A stretch of DNA of 64,000 nt, taken from contig CBDEFM010000002.1 of the NCBI GenBank assembly GCA_965237415.1, forward strand, positions 1,632,001 to 1,696,000, in the 5' to 3' direction. The position numbers were made by a program, and so were the translations under genes. This document shows positions 41,958 through 51,203 of this stretch, one piece after another. The number at the start of each line of letters is the position of its first letter. Position 1 is the first letter of the stretch. Origin of the DNA: Alphaproteobacteria bacterium (GTDB lineage: Bacteria; Pseudomonadota; Alphaproteobacteria; UBA828). A model generated the notes under the pieces. The model worked only from the letters and a program-made list of their open reading frames with translations, had not been told where the DNA came from and made no database searches.

Positions 41958-42971
41958 TCAGCCTGCGGCTTGAGCCTTCTTTTCTTCGAGGGCGCGGAGG
42001 ACGACCTCGGGCGTCACCGGAATCTCGGTGATGCGCACATCGAGCGCGTTGTTGATGGCGCTCACGATGGCCGGAATCGGGCCGTTGGTCACCATCTCGC
42101 CCACGCCCTTGCCCCCATAGGGGCCGCTCTCGGCCGGGTATTCCAGCACCTCGCAAGTGACCTCGGGCATCTCCGCCGCCCCGGGCTGCAGGTAGTTCTG
42201 GAAATCGACCGGCGCCGGATCGATCGCCGGATAGCCGGGCGCGGTGGTCTCGTAGAGCGCGTGGCCGATGCCCATCCACGAGCCGCCGACGATCTGGCCC
42301 TTCACGAGGTCGGGGTTCACCTGCTGGCCCACCTCGTAGACGCTCTTCACGTCCAGCACCTCGACCATCCCGGTCTCGGTATCGACCTCGACCTCGACGA
42401 CGGTGCAGGCATGGGCCTGGGTCGAATCGGGATCGCACTCCCCGGTCTCCGGGTCCATCGGGCTCGGCGGCTTGAGATAGGCGCCGCGTCCGGCAATGCT
42501 CTTGCCCTGGGCGAAATGGGCGGCACCGGCGACCTCGCCGACCGAAACGCACTTCTCGGCCACGCCCTTGATGTGGATGTTGCCGTCGCCGTCGGTCTCC
42601 AGATCCTCCGGGCTCGCCTCCAGCAGCTCGCCGGCCACCTCCAGCATCGCCTTGCGCGCCTCCTGCGCCGCCATCACCACCGCATTGCCGGCGCGGTGAG
42701 TGGTGCGGCTCGCGAAGGTGCCGGTGCAGTGGGGGCCGGTGTCGGTATCGGCGGTCTCCACCACGATGCTCTCGTAGGGGACGCCGAGGGCCTCTGCCGC
42801 GATCTGCGCAAGCACGGTGCGGAGCCCCTGGCCCAGGTCGACGCTCGCCATGGTGACGACGAAGTCTCCGGCCGGCGTCATGTGGATCAGCGATTGGGTG
42901 GGATCGCCGCCGAGATGCATCCCGGTCGGATAGTTCACGGCTGCGAAGCCGGTGCCCCTTACCTTGGCCAT
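41958..42971 (-). CDS. Xanthine dehydrogenase-family Mo subunit, C-terminal half
   Basis: DLGQG, GTFASR, NPDLVKGQIVGG, GKGVGE. Confidence 0.9.
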   Translation of the reverse strand: MAKVRGTGFAAVNYPTGMHLGGDPTQSLIHMTPAGDFVVTMASVDLGQGLRTVLAQIAAEALGVPYESIVVETADTDTGPHCTGTFASRTTHRAGNAVVMAAQEARKAMLEVAGELLEASPEDLETDGDGNIHIKGVAEKCVSVGEVAGAAHFAQGKSIAGRGAYLKPPSPMDPETGECDPDSTQAHACTVVEVEVDTETGMVEVLDVKSVYEVGQQVNPDLVKGQIVGGSWMGIGHALYETTAPGYPAIDPAPVDFQNYLQPGAAEMPEVTCEVLEYPAESGPYGGKGVGEMVTNGPIPAIVSAINNALDVRITEIPVTPEVVLRALEEKKAQAAG

Positions 42972-44317
42972 CAGCTTGCCTTTCTGTCCCAGGAGGTCAT
43001 CGCTTGGTATTCCGCCGGCAGCTCGTGGCCCGCAAGCCGCGCCGCGGCCTGGATGGTCTCCACCATCGCCGCGTCCTCGTTCACCTTGCGATGCGCCCGC
43101 ATGTCGCCGTTGCGGTAGGCGTTGAGCAGCCGGAGCTGCCACGGGTCCATGCCGATGGTCTTGGCGATCTTGTCCATCTGCAGCTCGATGGCGAACGACG
43201 CGGCCATGACGCCGAAGCCCCGCATGGCGCTCGACGGCGGCCGGTTGGTGAAGACCACCCGCGCGTCGACCCACACGTTGGGAATCGTGTAGGGCCCCGG
43301 CATATGGCCGGCGTGCTTCATCGAACCGTAAGAGCTGAAGCGCAGATAGGCGCCGGAATCCTGATATGAGGTGATCTTGCGGGCGACGATGCGCCCGTCG
43401 TTCATCACCCCGTCCTTGACGTAGAGGCGCCAGGCCGAGCGGGTGGAGGACACCTGCATCTCCTCTTCCCGCGTGTACTTGAACTTGACCGGGCGCCCGG
43501 TCCGCATGACGGCCAGCACCGAGATCGGCTCCACCGCCACGTCCACCTTGCCGCCGAAGCCGCCGCCCACGGTGCCGCCGAGGAAGCGCAGCTTGCCCGG
43601 CGCAATCCCAAGGATGGCGGCGGTGTTGTCGCGCGCGAAGTGCACCGCCTGGGTGTTGGTGTGCACCGTGATGCGCCCGTCGCCGCCGGGCTTGGCGATG
43701 CAGCCGTTGGTCTCCATCGGCGCCTGCTCGATGGGGCTGGTCTGGTAGCGGTCCTCGACGATGTGGTCGGCCTCGGCGAAGCCCTCCTCGACATCGCCGA
43801 AGCGGATCTGCGCGGCGCCGTGATCGTCCGGGTAGATGTAGTGGTTGCGCGGCCAGTGGGCGGTCAGCGCCGGCACCGAGCCCGAGATCGCCTCCTCCAC
43901 GTCGAACACGCCGGGCAGCGGGTCGTAGTCCACCTCCACCTTGGCGGCGCCGGCGCGGGCGGCCTCGGCGCTCTCGCCCAGCACGGCGACGATGGGCTCG
44001 CCCCGCCAGCGCACCTTGTCGAAGGCGAGGACGGGCTCGTCCTCGGGCCCGACGCCGACGGCAGCAAGGCCGTTCCACACCTTCTTACCGGGAAGGTCCT
44101 CATGGGTGAGCACGCAGACGACACCGGGGCTTGCCTCCGCCGCGCTGGTGTCCACGCGCGTAATCCGGGCGTGGGGCTCCGCGCTCCGGTGCATCTTGAG
44201 ATGCAGCATGCGCGGGTAATAGTTGTCCTCGTAATAGGTCGTCTGGCCGCGCGTGTGGCTATCGAGGTCGCGCTGTCCGACGTTCCGGCCGACGACGCCG
44301 AGTTCCTTCATCGACAT
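42971..44317 (-). CDS. Xanthine dehydrogenase-family Mo subunit, N-terminal half
   Basis: RSAEPHARI, GGGFGGK, GPYTIPN, AMRGFG. Confidence 0.9.
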   Translation of the reverse strand: MSMKELGVVGRNVGQRDLDSHTRGQTTYYEDNYYPRMLHLKMHRSAEPHARITRVDTSAAEASPGVVCVLTHEDLPGKKVWNGLAAVGVGPEDEPVLAFDKVRWRGEPIVAVLGESAEAARAGAAKVEVDYDPLPGVFDVEEAISGSVPALTAHWPRNHYIYPDDHGAAQIRFGDVEEGFAEADHIVEDRYQTSPIEQAPMETNGCIAKPGGDGRITVHTNTQAVHFARDNTAAILGIAPGKLRFLGGTVGGGFGGKVDVAVEPISVLAVMRTGRPVKFKYTREEEMQVSSTRSAWRLYVKDGVMNDGRIVARKITSYQDSGAYLRFSSYGSMKHAGHMPGPYTIPNVWVDARVVFTNRPPSSAMRGFGVMAASFAIELQMDKIAKTIGMDPWQLRLLNAYRNGDMRAHRKVNEDAAMVETIQAAARLAGHELPAEYQAMTSWDRKAS

Positions 44318-44808
44318 TAGCTCGCCTCCTCCCCGGTATCCGAGAGCACCTGCGCAGCCTGCTGCACGGCGCGGACAATGGGCGCGAACCCGGTGCAGCG
44401 ACAAAGATTGCCCGAGAGCCCCTCCACGATCTCATCGCGGCTGGGCGCAGGATTGCGGTCGAGCAGCGCCTTGGCCGCCATGACCATGCCGGCGGTGCAG
44501 TAGCCGCATTGCGCCGCGTAGTTCTCGACGAAGGCCTGTTGCAGCGGCACGATCGCGTTGGTCTCGTTGAGGCCTTCGAGGGTGGTGACCTCGGCCCATT
44601 CGGCGCGCTCGGCGAGCGTGAGGCAGGAGAGGTGAAGCTCCCCATCCACGAGCACCGAGCAGCTGCCGCAGCCGCCCTGTCCGCAGCCGCTCTTGACCGC
44701 ATTGAGCTGCAGCGAATCCCGCAGCACGTCCTGCAGCGTCGCCAGCGGTTGGATCACCACCGCTTCGTCACGGCCGTTGACCGTGAGGCGTATCAGCTTG
44801 TCTTCCAT
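44317..44808 (-). CDS. (2Fe-2S)-binding subunit (CoxS-like)
   Basis: CGQGGCGSC...C, QCGYC, NLCRCTG. Confidence 0.95.
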   Translation of the reverse strand: MEDKLIRLTVNGRDEAVVIQPLATLQDVLRDSLQLNAVKSGCGQGGCGSCSVLVDGELHLSCLTLAERAEWAEVTTLEGLNETNAIVPLQQAFVENYAAQCGYCTAGMVMAAKALLDRNPAPSRDEIVEGLSGNLCRCTGFAPIVRAVQQAAQVLSDTGEEAS

Positions 44809-44830
44809 CCTTGCCTCCCGCTCAACGTCG

Positions 44831-45646
44831 TCAGGCGAGCGCCGCCAGCACCCGTCGGACGAACACGCCGGTCATGCGCCGGCGATACCATTCGCTCGCG
44901 ACAGCATCGGTCTGGGGCGTAACGGCGCTCTCGGCCGCCTGGGCCGCCGCCGTCACCGCCGCCTCGTCGAGGCTGGAGCCGATCACCGCCTGCTCCGCTT
45001 CGGCGCAGCGGAAGGGGTGCGCGCTCGCCCCGCTGAGCGCGATCCGCGCGTCGCTCACCGTACCGCCATCCTTTTCCACGCAGGCGGCGACCGTGACCAC
45101 CGACGGGGTCGAATAGCGGCGCCGCGCGCACTTCATGTAGGCGGCGGCGCCTGTCGGCGCGTCGATCTCGATCCGGGTCAGCAAGCCTGTGCGGGGCGGC
45201 GTGCCGTCGGACCAGCCGGCGTAGAAGGCTTCGATCGGTTGGGTCTCCTCGCCGTCGGCAGTCGCGAAGACGAGCCGCGCGCCGAGGGCGAGAAGCGCCG
45301 GCGCGAGATCGCCGAAGGGGGCGCGGGCGAACAGGTTGCCGCCGACCGTCGCCATGTTCTGCACCGCCGGGCCGCCGATCTCGCGGGTCGCGGCCTGGAG
45401 TGCGGCAATCGGCACGGCCTCGCGCAGCACGCTCAGCGGGACCGCGGCGCCGACAGACCAGCCGCCGTCGCGGCTCACCACCCGGTCGAGGCCGAGGCGG
45501 TCCACCCCGATCAAGTAGCCCTCGTCCGACGGATAGGTCTCGCGCATCAGGCTGGTGCCGCCGGCGAGCACTGCCGCCGCGGCACCGTGGCGCGCGATCA
45601 GGTCGGCCGCCTCGTCGATCGAGCCGGGCCGAAGAAACTCTGGCAT
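44831..45646 (-). CDS. FAD-binding subunit (CoxM-like)
   Basis: LAGGTSL, QNMATVGGN, ASEWYRR. Confidence 0.92.
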   Translation of the reverse strand: MPEFLRPGSIDEAADLIARHGAAAAVLAGGTSLMRETYPSDEGYLIGVDRLGLDRVVSRDGGWSVGAAVPLSVLREAVPIAALQAATREIGGPAVQNMATVGGNLFARAPFGDLAPALLALGARLVFATADGEETQPIEAFYAGWSDGTPPRTGLLTRIEIDAPTGAAAYMKCARRRYSTPSVVTVAACVEKDGGTVSDARIALSGASAHPFRCAEAEQAVIGSSLDEAAVTAAAQAAESAVTPQTDAVASEWYRRRMTGVFVRRVLAALA

Positions 45647-45777
45647 GGACGCCGTCCTCCGACCGTTGAAATACCGCCCGCGCCCGTCCGGCCCATGTCG
45701 TGCACCGGCGGCGCGCGGCGCGCATCCTAACGCAGCAACGCTCGGATCACACCCGCATATCCGCGCCGGGTAGTGTC

Positions 45778-46659
45778 TCAGTTTGAAATTTCGCGCTTGC
45801 GGTAGGTCGCAGGCCGCTTGGGCTTCGACGCTCGCGCATCGATCAGCCCGACGATCCACTCCATGTCCCTCAGCGTGTCGGACACGCCAGCGGCCATCGC
45901 GGGCGACATGCGCAGGCTCTTATGCATCCGGCAGAAGTTGTAGTGCACGAAGTAGAGCGACAGCATGTGAAGGTGATTCTCCAGCTTCTTGGAGAAGGCA
46001 TTCGTGAGCCGGGTGAAGCGGCGCATCCCCATCCGCATAGTCAGGTTTGACCGTTCGACGTAGGACGTGCTGACGGCCTCAGGATCGGAACTGCCCTCGA
46101 CCCGGCGCCGCTTCGTCCCGATGCATGTGGCGGGGCTGTAACGCTTCTCAGCGCCCGGCGCCTCGCCGTAGAGCTTGATTAGCTGGGCATAGTCCACATC
46201 GCCACCAAAGGCGCCCTCGACGGCTTCCAGATACGCCTTGTGGCCGTCGGTGGTCAGTTGAACGCGGTTTGCCAGCCGGGCGCGCAGGTCGTCCATGAAC
46301 TCGATAGCCGTGGCGCCTGAGCGGTCGCCAACTTCCCACGAGATGATCAGTTTGGAGTCGGCTTCAATCGCCGTCCACGTCCACACGTCGCCGGCGCCCT
46401 TCGGGGCAGCCTTGGCACGCGCGACGTTCTTTTCCTTCGCGTAGCAGAAGGACCAAATCTCATCGCACTGGACGCGGCTGGCAGACACGTCGCGCACGGC
46501 CTCATCGTGATAGGCCGCGCACGCCTCGCCAGCCTCGACCATGAGCTTGGAGACCGTGTTGATTGAAACGTCCATAACACGACTGACCGAGCGCATGGAC
46601 ATGCCCTCGACCAACATGTTGAGGATTTGGACTCGCTTGTCAGTTGGCAGCCGGTTCAT
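45778..46659 (-). CDS. IS1-family DDE transposase (single ORF)
   Basis: HTH, QCDEIWSF, TTDG, TSYVERSNLTMR, RRFTRLTNAFSKK; stop lies inside the IR. Confidence 0.92.
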   Translation of the reverse strand: MNRLPTDKRVQILNMLVEGMSMRSVSRVMDVSINTVSKLMVEAGEACAAYHDEAVRDVSASRVQCDEIWSFCYAKEKNVARAKAAPKGAGDVWTWTAIEADSKLIISWEVGDRSGATAIEFMDDLRARLANRVQLTTDGHKAYLEAVEGAFGGDVDYAQLIKLYGEAPGAEKRYSPATCIGTKRRRVEGSSDPEAVSTSYVERSNLTMRMGMRRFTRLTNAFSKKLENHLHMLSLYFVHYNFCRMHKSLRMSPAMAAGVSDTLRDMEWIVGLIDARASKPKRPATYRKREISN

Positions 46660-46665
46660 ACCCCT

Positions 46666-46694
46666 GATATAGGGGCGTATTCACTTGTTGTCAA
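46666..46694 (-). promoter_or_regulatory. Internal transposase promoter
   Basis: TTGACA-N17-TATATC, 6 nt before the ATG; -10 lies within a CCCCT/AGGGG inverted repeat. Confidence 0.65.
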
Positions 46695-46894
46695 GCATTA
46701 CTTTCATCTTGGGGCGGGTTAGGAGCCCTTACCGGAGTTAATTCGACATTGCCATTTCCCAATGGATGAATCGCAATGCGCTCATTCCATGGCATCCCTG
46801 TCTTCTCCCGCACAACCCTTGTTTGGCAAACTGGAATATCCTTCACAGAAAATGCAAACTTCAGCTCGATGTTTATGAAATTTTGAAAAACCAT
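46691..46894 (-). CDS. Small IS cargo protein, weakly AbrB/MazE-like
   Basis: VREKTGMPWNERIAIHPLGNGNVELTPV; starts 5 nt after the upstream stop. Confidence 0.4.
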   Translation of the reverse strand: MVFQNFINIELKFAFSVKDIPVCQTRVVREKTGMPWNERIAIHPLGNGNVELTPVRAPNPPQDESNA

Positions 46895-46899
46895 GGGAC

Positions 46900-47172
46900 T
46901 TACTCACCCACATAATAGAAATACAGCTCTCCATCTGCACGCTTAACCGCCACGAACCACCATTCCATGAAATGAAAGGGATACGGCTCATTGGCATGCA
47001 TGAGGTGCGATGAAATCTGTAGCGACTCGCCATTCCCAAGAAAGGGCGATCTTACGGGTGGCACTGCAACGCCTTGATAAGCGCCAACTTCAGAAACCGC
47101 CCAGCCCTGTTGTTGAGACATTGTGGCAAGAACGCCTCGTGTGGTCACAGCGTCTTGCTCCTTCATGAGCAT
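46900..47172 (-). CDS. Hypothetical IS cargo protein (90 aa)
   Basis: GGGGAGG RBS, 2-nt gap after the upstream ORF, low GC. Confidence 0.6.
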   Translation of the reverse strand: MLMKEQDAVTTRGVLATMSQQQGWAVSEVGAYQGVAVPPVRSPFLGNGESLQISSHLMHANEPYPFHFMEWWFVAVKRADGELYFYYVGE

Positions 47173-47174
47173 GG

Positions 47175-47465
47175 CTACTGAACCTCCCCGTCGATGTTGG
47201 ACTCCGGCCCGCCACTGACAGACACTTGCACTTGGTGCCTCACGGCAACTTCTGGATCACCGTCCGCTGTAAATGCTGGATTCCCGTCCTTATCGAGGAC
47301 GCGAAATATCTTGTGAACGACGACTTTGATCCGCACATTATCACCGCTCGCAAGACTATACTCATTCCAGCGCTCTTTATCGGCATCAAACGACTCTTCG
47401 CGGACGTTCCGGGTCTGCCCATCAATTTCCATTTCCCGGATATTATAATTTCGGCTCTTAGGCAC
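47175..47465 (-). CDS. Hypothetical IS cargo protein (96 aa, beta-rich)
   Basis: GGAG RBS and GTG start; ERWNEYSLASGDNVRIKVVV...GDP. Confidence 0.65.
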   Translation of the reverse strand: MPKSRNYNIREMEIDGQTRNVREESFDADKERWNEYSLASGDNVRIKVVVHKIFRVLDKDGNPAFTADGDPEVAVRHQVQVSVSGGPESNIDGEVQ

Positions 47466-47467
47466 GG

Positions 47468-47692
47468 CTATGCTCCAGGCCATCTGGTAGTTGCGGCCTT
47501 GCGCGCGATCGCGCTGCGCTCATCCGGCGTCAGGGACGCCTGGCGCGCGCGTGCGCCAGCATGGCCGGCTCGCACCTTGTTCGGTTGCTTGTATTGTGTG
47601 TCCTCAATTTCGCCAGTTGCTATCCTGGCGACGTGTACGGCGCACCCAACCACGTCAGCCGGGCGCTTCTCTCCTCGTGGCCCCTTGGGCAC
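47468..47692 (-). CDS. Small basic protein commonly associated with IS1-type transposases
   Basis: MPKGPRGEKRPADV...IATGE...LTPDERSAIARKAA..RW. Confidence 0.8.
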   Translation of the reverse strand: MPKGPRGEKRPADVVGCAVHVARIATGEIEDTQYKQPNKVRAGHAGARARQASLTPDERSAIARKAATTRWPGA

Positions 47693-47760
47693 GGCTAGCG
47701 CCGTTCCACGTCGGGCACTCGCTCCACTCTGTTCGCCATGCTCATCTCCGCTCCCCCTCT

Positions 47761-47841
47761 AGGTTCCCTAGGTTCCCCAGGTTCCCCAGGTTCCCCAGGT
47801 TCCCCAGGTTCCCCAGGTTCCCCAGGTTCCCCAGGTTCCCC
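47761..47841. repeat. 9-bp tandem repeat (AGGTTCCCC) x9
   Basis: Eight perfect units plus one AGGTTCCCT. Confidence 0.95.
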
Positions 47842-48128
47842 GTGTCCCACATGGTATCACAGGATATCCCATGTCAAGCCCAGTCTGGGCCAGCGGACCC
47901 CCAGTGCCCGTTCAAGCATACCGTTTCCCGGCAACCTTATGCCCGTCTCAGATTCTCGCCAGCGGTAAAGCTGGCAAGCGGACGGCACTGGAGCATGACC
48001 GTCAAGGGGCGACCGATTTCAAACTGAGTCACTACCCCGCGCCGACATAGCTGGCGTGCCGCTCTGACCTTGCCGCGCCGCCGGCAGGGCGGCTATCGTC
48101 CGCCGCGCAATCGATGGCGAGGCGCGCT

Positions 48129-49466
48129 ATGGCAACGAGGCCCGACGCGGTCGGCCGGAATCTCGACCTGGAGAGCGCGGTCGACGAGGTGACGGCGCGC
48201 TATGCGGCGGCCAATCCCGGCAGCCGGGCGCAGTACGAGCGCGCACGCGAGAGTATGCCGGGCGGCAACACGCGCACCGGCATGTTCTACCCGCCCTTCC
48301 CGCTCGCGATCGAGAAGGCGGCCGGCGCGACGCTGACCGACGTCGACGACCACACCTACACCGATTTCGTCGGCGACTTCTCTGCCGGTCTCTACGGCCA
48401 TTCTCACCCGGTGATCCGCGAGGCGGTGCAGGCGACGCTGGATTCCGGGATGGCCTATGGCTCGACGAGCCCCTACGAGGCGCGGCTTGCGGCGCTCGTC
48501 TGCGCGCGCTTCCCCTCTATCGAGCAGGTGCGATTCACCACCTCCGGCACCGAGGGCAACATGCTGGCGCTCGTCACCGCCCGTGCGGTGACCGGCAAGG
48601 ACTCGATCATGGTGTTCGAGGGCGCCTATCACGGCGGCACCATCTACTTCGGCCGCGAGGCCGCGCCCATCGTCGTGCCCTTCCCTTTCGTGATCGCCCC
48701 TTACAACGACGCGGAAGAGGCGCGGCGCCTGATCAGGGAGAACGCACACCGCCTCGCCGCGGTTCTGGTCGAGCCGCTCCAGGGCGCATCCGGCGCGATT
48801 CCGGCCTCGGTTGAATTTCTCGCAGCGTTGCGCGAGGCCTGCAGCGCCCACGACGTACTGCTGATCTTCGACGAGGTGATGACCTCGCGGGTCGCGCCGG
48901 ACGGGCGCCAGGGGCAACTCGGCATCGTCCCCGACCTGACCACGCTCGGCAAGTATATCGGCGGCGGCTTCTCCTGCGGTGCCCTCGGCGGCCCCGCGGA
49001 GATCATGAAGTGTTTCGACCCCTCCAGACCCGACTCCTTCGTTCACCACGGCACCTTCAACAACAACGTGTTCATGTTGATCGCCGGCGCCGCGGGCCTG
49101 GAGAAAATCTTCACACCGCCGGTGCAGATTGCGCTGAATGAGGCCGGCGATGCGCTGCGCGACGCCCTCAATGGGCTTGCCGCCCGCCACGGCGCCTCGT
49201 TCCAGGTGACCGGGCTCGGCTCGATCATGACGATGCATTTGCAGCGTGAGCCGATCCGCTCGATCCGCGACATTGCGCCGCGAGATTCACGCCTGCGCCA
49301 GCTCCTGCATCTCGACCTGATCGACAAGGGCTTCTTCACTGCCCGGCGCGGCTACATGGCGCCCTCGCTCGCCATTGCGGGGACGGACTGCGACGGCCTG
49401 ATCGAGGCGGTCGACGAATTCCTGACCCACCACGGCCATCTTCTGGACGCCGCGCCGGACGGATGA
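48129..49466 (+). CDS. Class III PLP aminotransferase (GSA-aminomutase/beta-transaminase-like)
   Basis: MPGGNTR, SGTEGN, GAYHG, FDEVMTSR, TLGKYIGGG, GTFNNN. Confidence 0.9.
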   Translation: MATRPDAVGRNLDLESAVDEVTARYAAANPGSRAQYERARESMPGGNTRTGMFYPPFPLAIEKAAGATLTDVDDHTYTDFVGDFSAGLYGHSHPVIREAVQATLDSGMAYGSTSPYEARLAALVCARFPSIEQVRFTTSGTEGNMLALVTARAVTGKDSIMVFEGAYHGGTIYFGREAAPIVVPFPFVIAPYNDAEEARRLIRENAHRLAAVLVEPLQGASGAIPASVEFLAALREACSAHDVLLIFDEVMTSRVAPDGRQGQLGIVPDLTTLGKYIGGGFSCGALGGPAEIMKCFDPSRPDSFVHHGTFNNNVFMLIAGAAGLEKIFTPPVQIALNEAGDALRDALNGLAARHGASFQVTGLGSIMTMHLQREPIRSIRDIAPRDSRLRQLLHLDLIDKGFFTARRGYMAPSLAIAGTDCDGLIEAVDEFLTHHGHLLDAAPDG

Positions 49467-49520
49467 CCGATCGGTCCAGGCCGGCGTCCGCCGGTGCCAA
49501 CGCTCAATGAGGGAGAGAGA

Positions 49521-49919
49521 ATGACCGATAACGAACGCCGCAATCTCGCGGTGATTACCGAGGTTTGCGATGCCTTCAACCGGCACGATGTGGAAGGCAT
49601 CCTCCGACACTTCACCGACGATGCGGATTGGTTGCTCTCGCGGGGCACGCCACCGGAGGGCGATCGCGTGCAGGGGATGGAGGCCATCCGCGCCATGCTG
49701 CGGCGGCGCTTCCGCACCATTCCCGACATGGCTTGGGAGATACATAGCCACTGGGTCGGCGGCAACCGGGGCTGCTCGGAGTGGACCGTCTCCGGCACCG
49801 AGACCAACGGCAACAAGATCAAGTGGCTCGGCATCGACGTGTGGGAGCTGAACGACGACGGCAAGGTCGTCACCAAGGACACCTACTGGAAATTCGCGGG
49901 CGACGAGGCGCCGGAATAG
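49521..49919 (+). CDS. NTF2/SnoaL-like protein
   Basis: DAFNRHDVEGIL, SEWTVSGT, KDTYWK. Confidence 0.88.
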   Translation: MTDNERRNLAVITEVCDAFNRHDVEGILRHFTDDADWLLSRGTPPEGDRVQGMEAIRAMLRRRFRTIPDMAWEIHSHWVGGNRGCSEWTVSGTETNGNKIKWLGIDVWELNDDGKVVTKDTYWKFAGDEAPE

Positions 49920-49995
49920 TCACCGCGCACTGCTGTTGACAGCGTTCCGGCCGGCTCTCTAAATAAGCATGGCGCAACCGGCGCGGGACGCTGCC

Positions 49996-50088
49996 GGAGG
50001 GATGGCCGAGTGGTCGAAGGCGGCGGTTTGCTAAACCGTTGTACGGTGACAAGCCGTACCGTGGGTTCGAATCCCACTCCCTCCGCCA
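49996..50088 (+). tRNA. tRNA-Ser (GCU)
   Basis: GGAGGGA/TCCCTCC acceptor, GCGGT-TTGCTAA-ACCGT arm, long variable arm, GCCA end. Confidence 0.97.
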
Positions 50089-50979
50089 CTTCCTTGTAGT
50101 AATCCATTGTAATAGAACGACAATTAGAGGGGGCTTCGGTCGATGCCCCCTATTTTCTACCTTATTTGAGACGCGATTTCACGGCACGCCCCAGAAACCC
50201 ACCGGACAATTGGCCCTCTCGCCAATCGCGCACCGACGGTGCTGAGACCGCCTATGGGCCCCGTTCCTCGGCTACACCGATGATCGCGAGTAACGCGTCA
50301 CGGTCGGTGCCGCAAGTCGCGAACCTTGCGTTTAGGCATCGATGAAGCCAGGAGCCGCCGACCGAGGATCCCATCAAGCTCCAAGTCATCAACGCGACGT
50401 CCATGGCAAGGGCGCCTACTCAAGGATGTCTCTATGCATGTCGTAGAGGATTTCGCCCGGATCACCGGGCAGCGTCTCGACCCTATCGAAGATCAGGGGC
50501 AGCGTCGACCTAAGCAGCTCCTCAAGAACGGGCTAGTAGAGTTCGCCTAGCGAGGTCGGGAAATCGGCTGGTTTGTAGGCCGGGTCGTGCAGATCCCAGG
50601 GACGGGCCCGGATTCCCGATGCGAACCAGCCTTATGGGGTATCGAAGGAGGGGCAGCAATCGGGCACGCGGAAGTGCGTCCCCGCGACCGTGCCGGCGGC
50701 TTCATCCCAAATGATTGTGCGGAGCTCGTCACTGCGCTTTCCGTCCGGGAGAATGATCACATTGACAGCCAAGACAACGATTGTGGCCTCGCTTCAGCCC
50801 GTCGTCCGCTGCCCGTCGAATTGCCGCCGCTGTCACCATCGCGCCAACCGTGAGAGGCATGCTTCCACCGCCCGGTTTCGGGAGATGCCCGATCCGGCAT
50901 CCGAGGGTCTGACCACCGAAATGCCGAATTCATACACATCCAAACACCCCACTGGTGTCGCACCTACATGATCGGAAGG

Positions 50980-51203
50980 ACACCATCGGGTTCGCGATCA
51001 TCCTCACCGCCGGGCTCAGCTTCGTCGGCGCAGGCGTCCGCCCGCCCACGCCTGAATGGGGCAGCATGATCGCGATCGGCGCGCAGCAGCTGATCCTGGG
51101 CGAGTGGTGGCCCTCGGTCTTTCCCGGCGCCGCCATTTCGCTGACGGTGCTGGGCTACGCCTTCGTCGGCCACACCATCGAAGCAGAGTTCCGCGAGACA
51201 TGA
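50980..51203 (+). pseudogene. 3' remnant of a DppC-type ABC permease
   Basis: AGLSFVGAGVRPPTPEWGSMI...WWPSVFPG; 5' part absent. Confidence 0.85.

Larger units (their letters stand above)
45769..48036 (-). mobile_element. IS1-family transporter IS with passenger genes (2268 bp)
   Basis: 21-bp IRs GGTAGTG(T/A)CTCAGTTTGAAAT with 1 mismatch; 8-bp TSD CCGCGCCG at 45761-45768 and 48037-48044. Confidence 0.92.

Noticed and set aside
47761-47841. CRISPR array or collagen-like (GSP/GEP)n gene
   Set aside because: The units are contiguous with no spacers and no cas genes; the Gly-X-Y reading follows automatically from a 9-bp unit and the + strand ORF lacks other support
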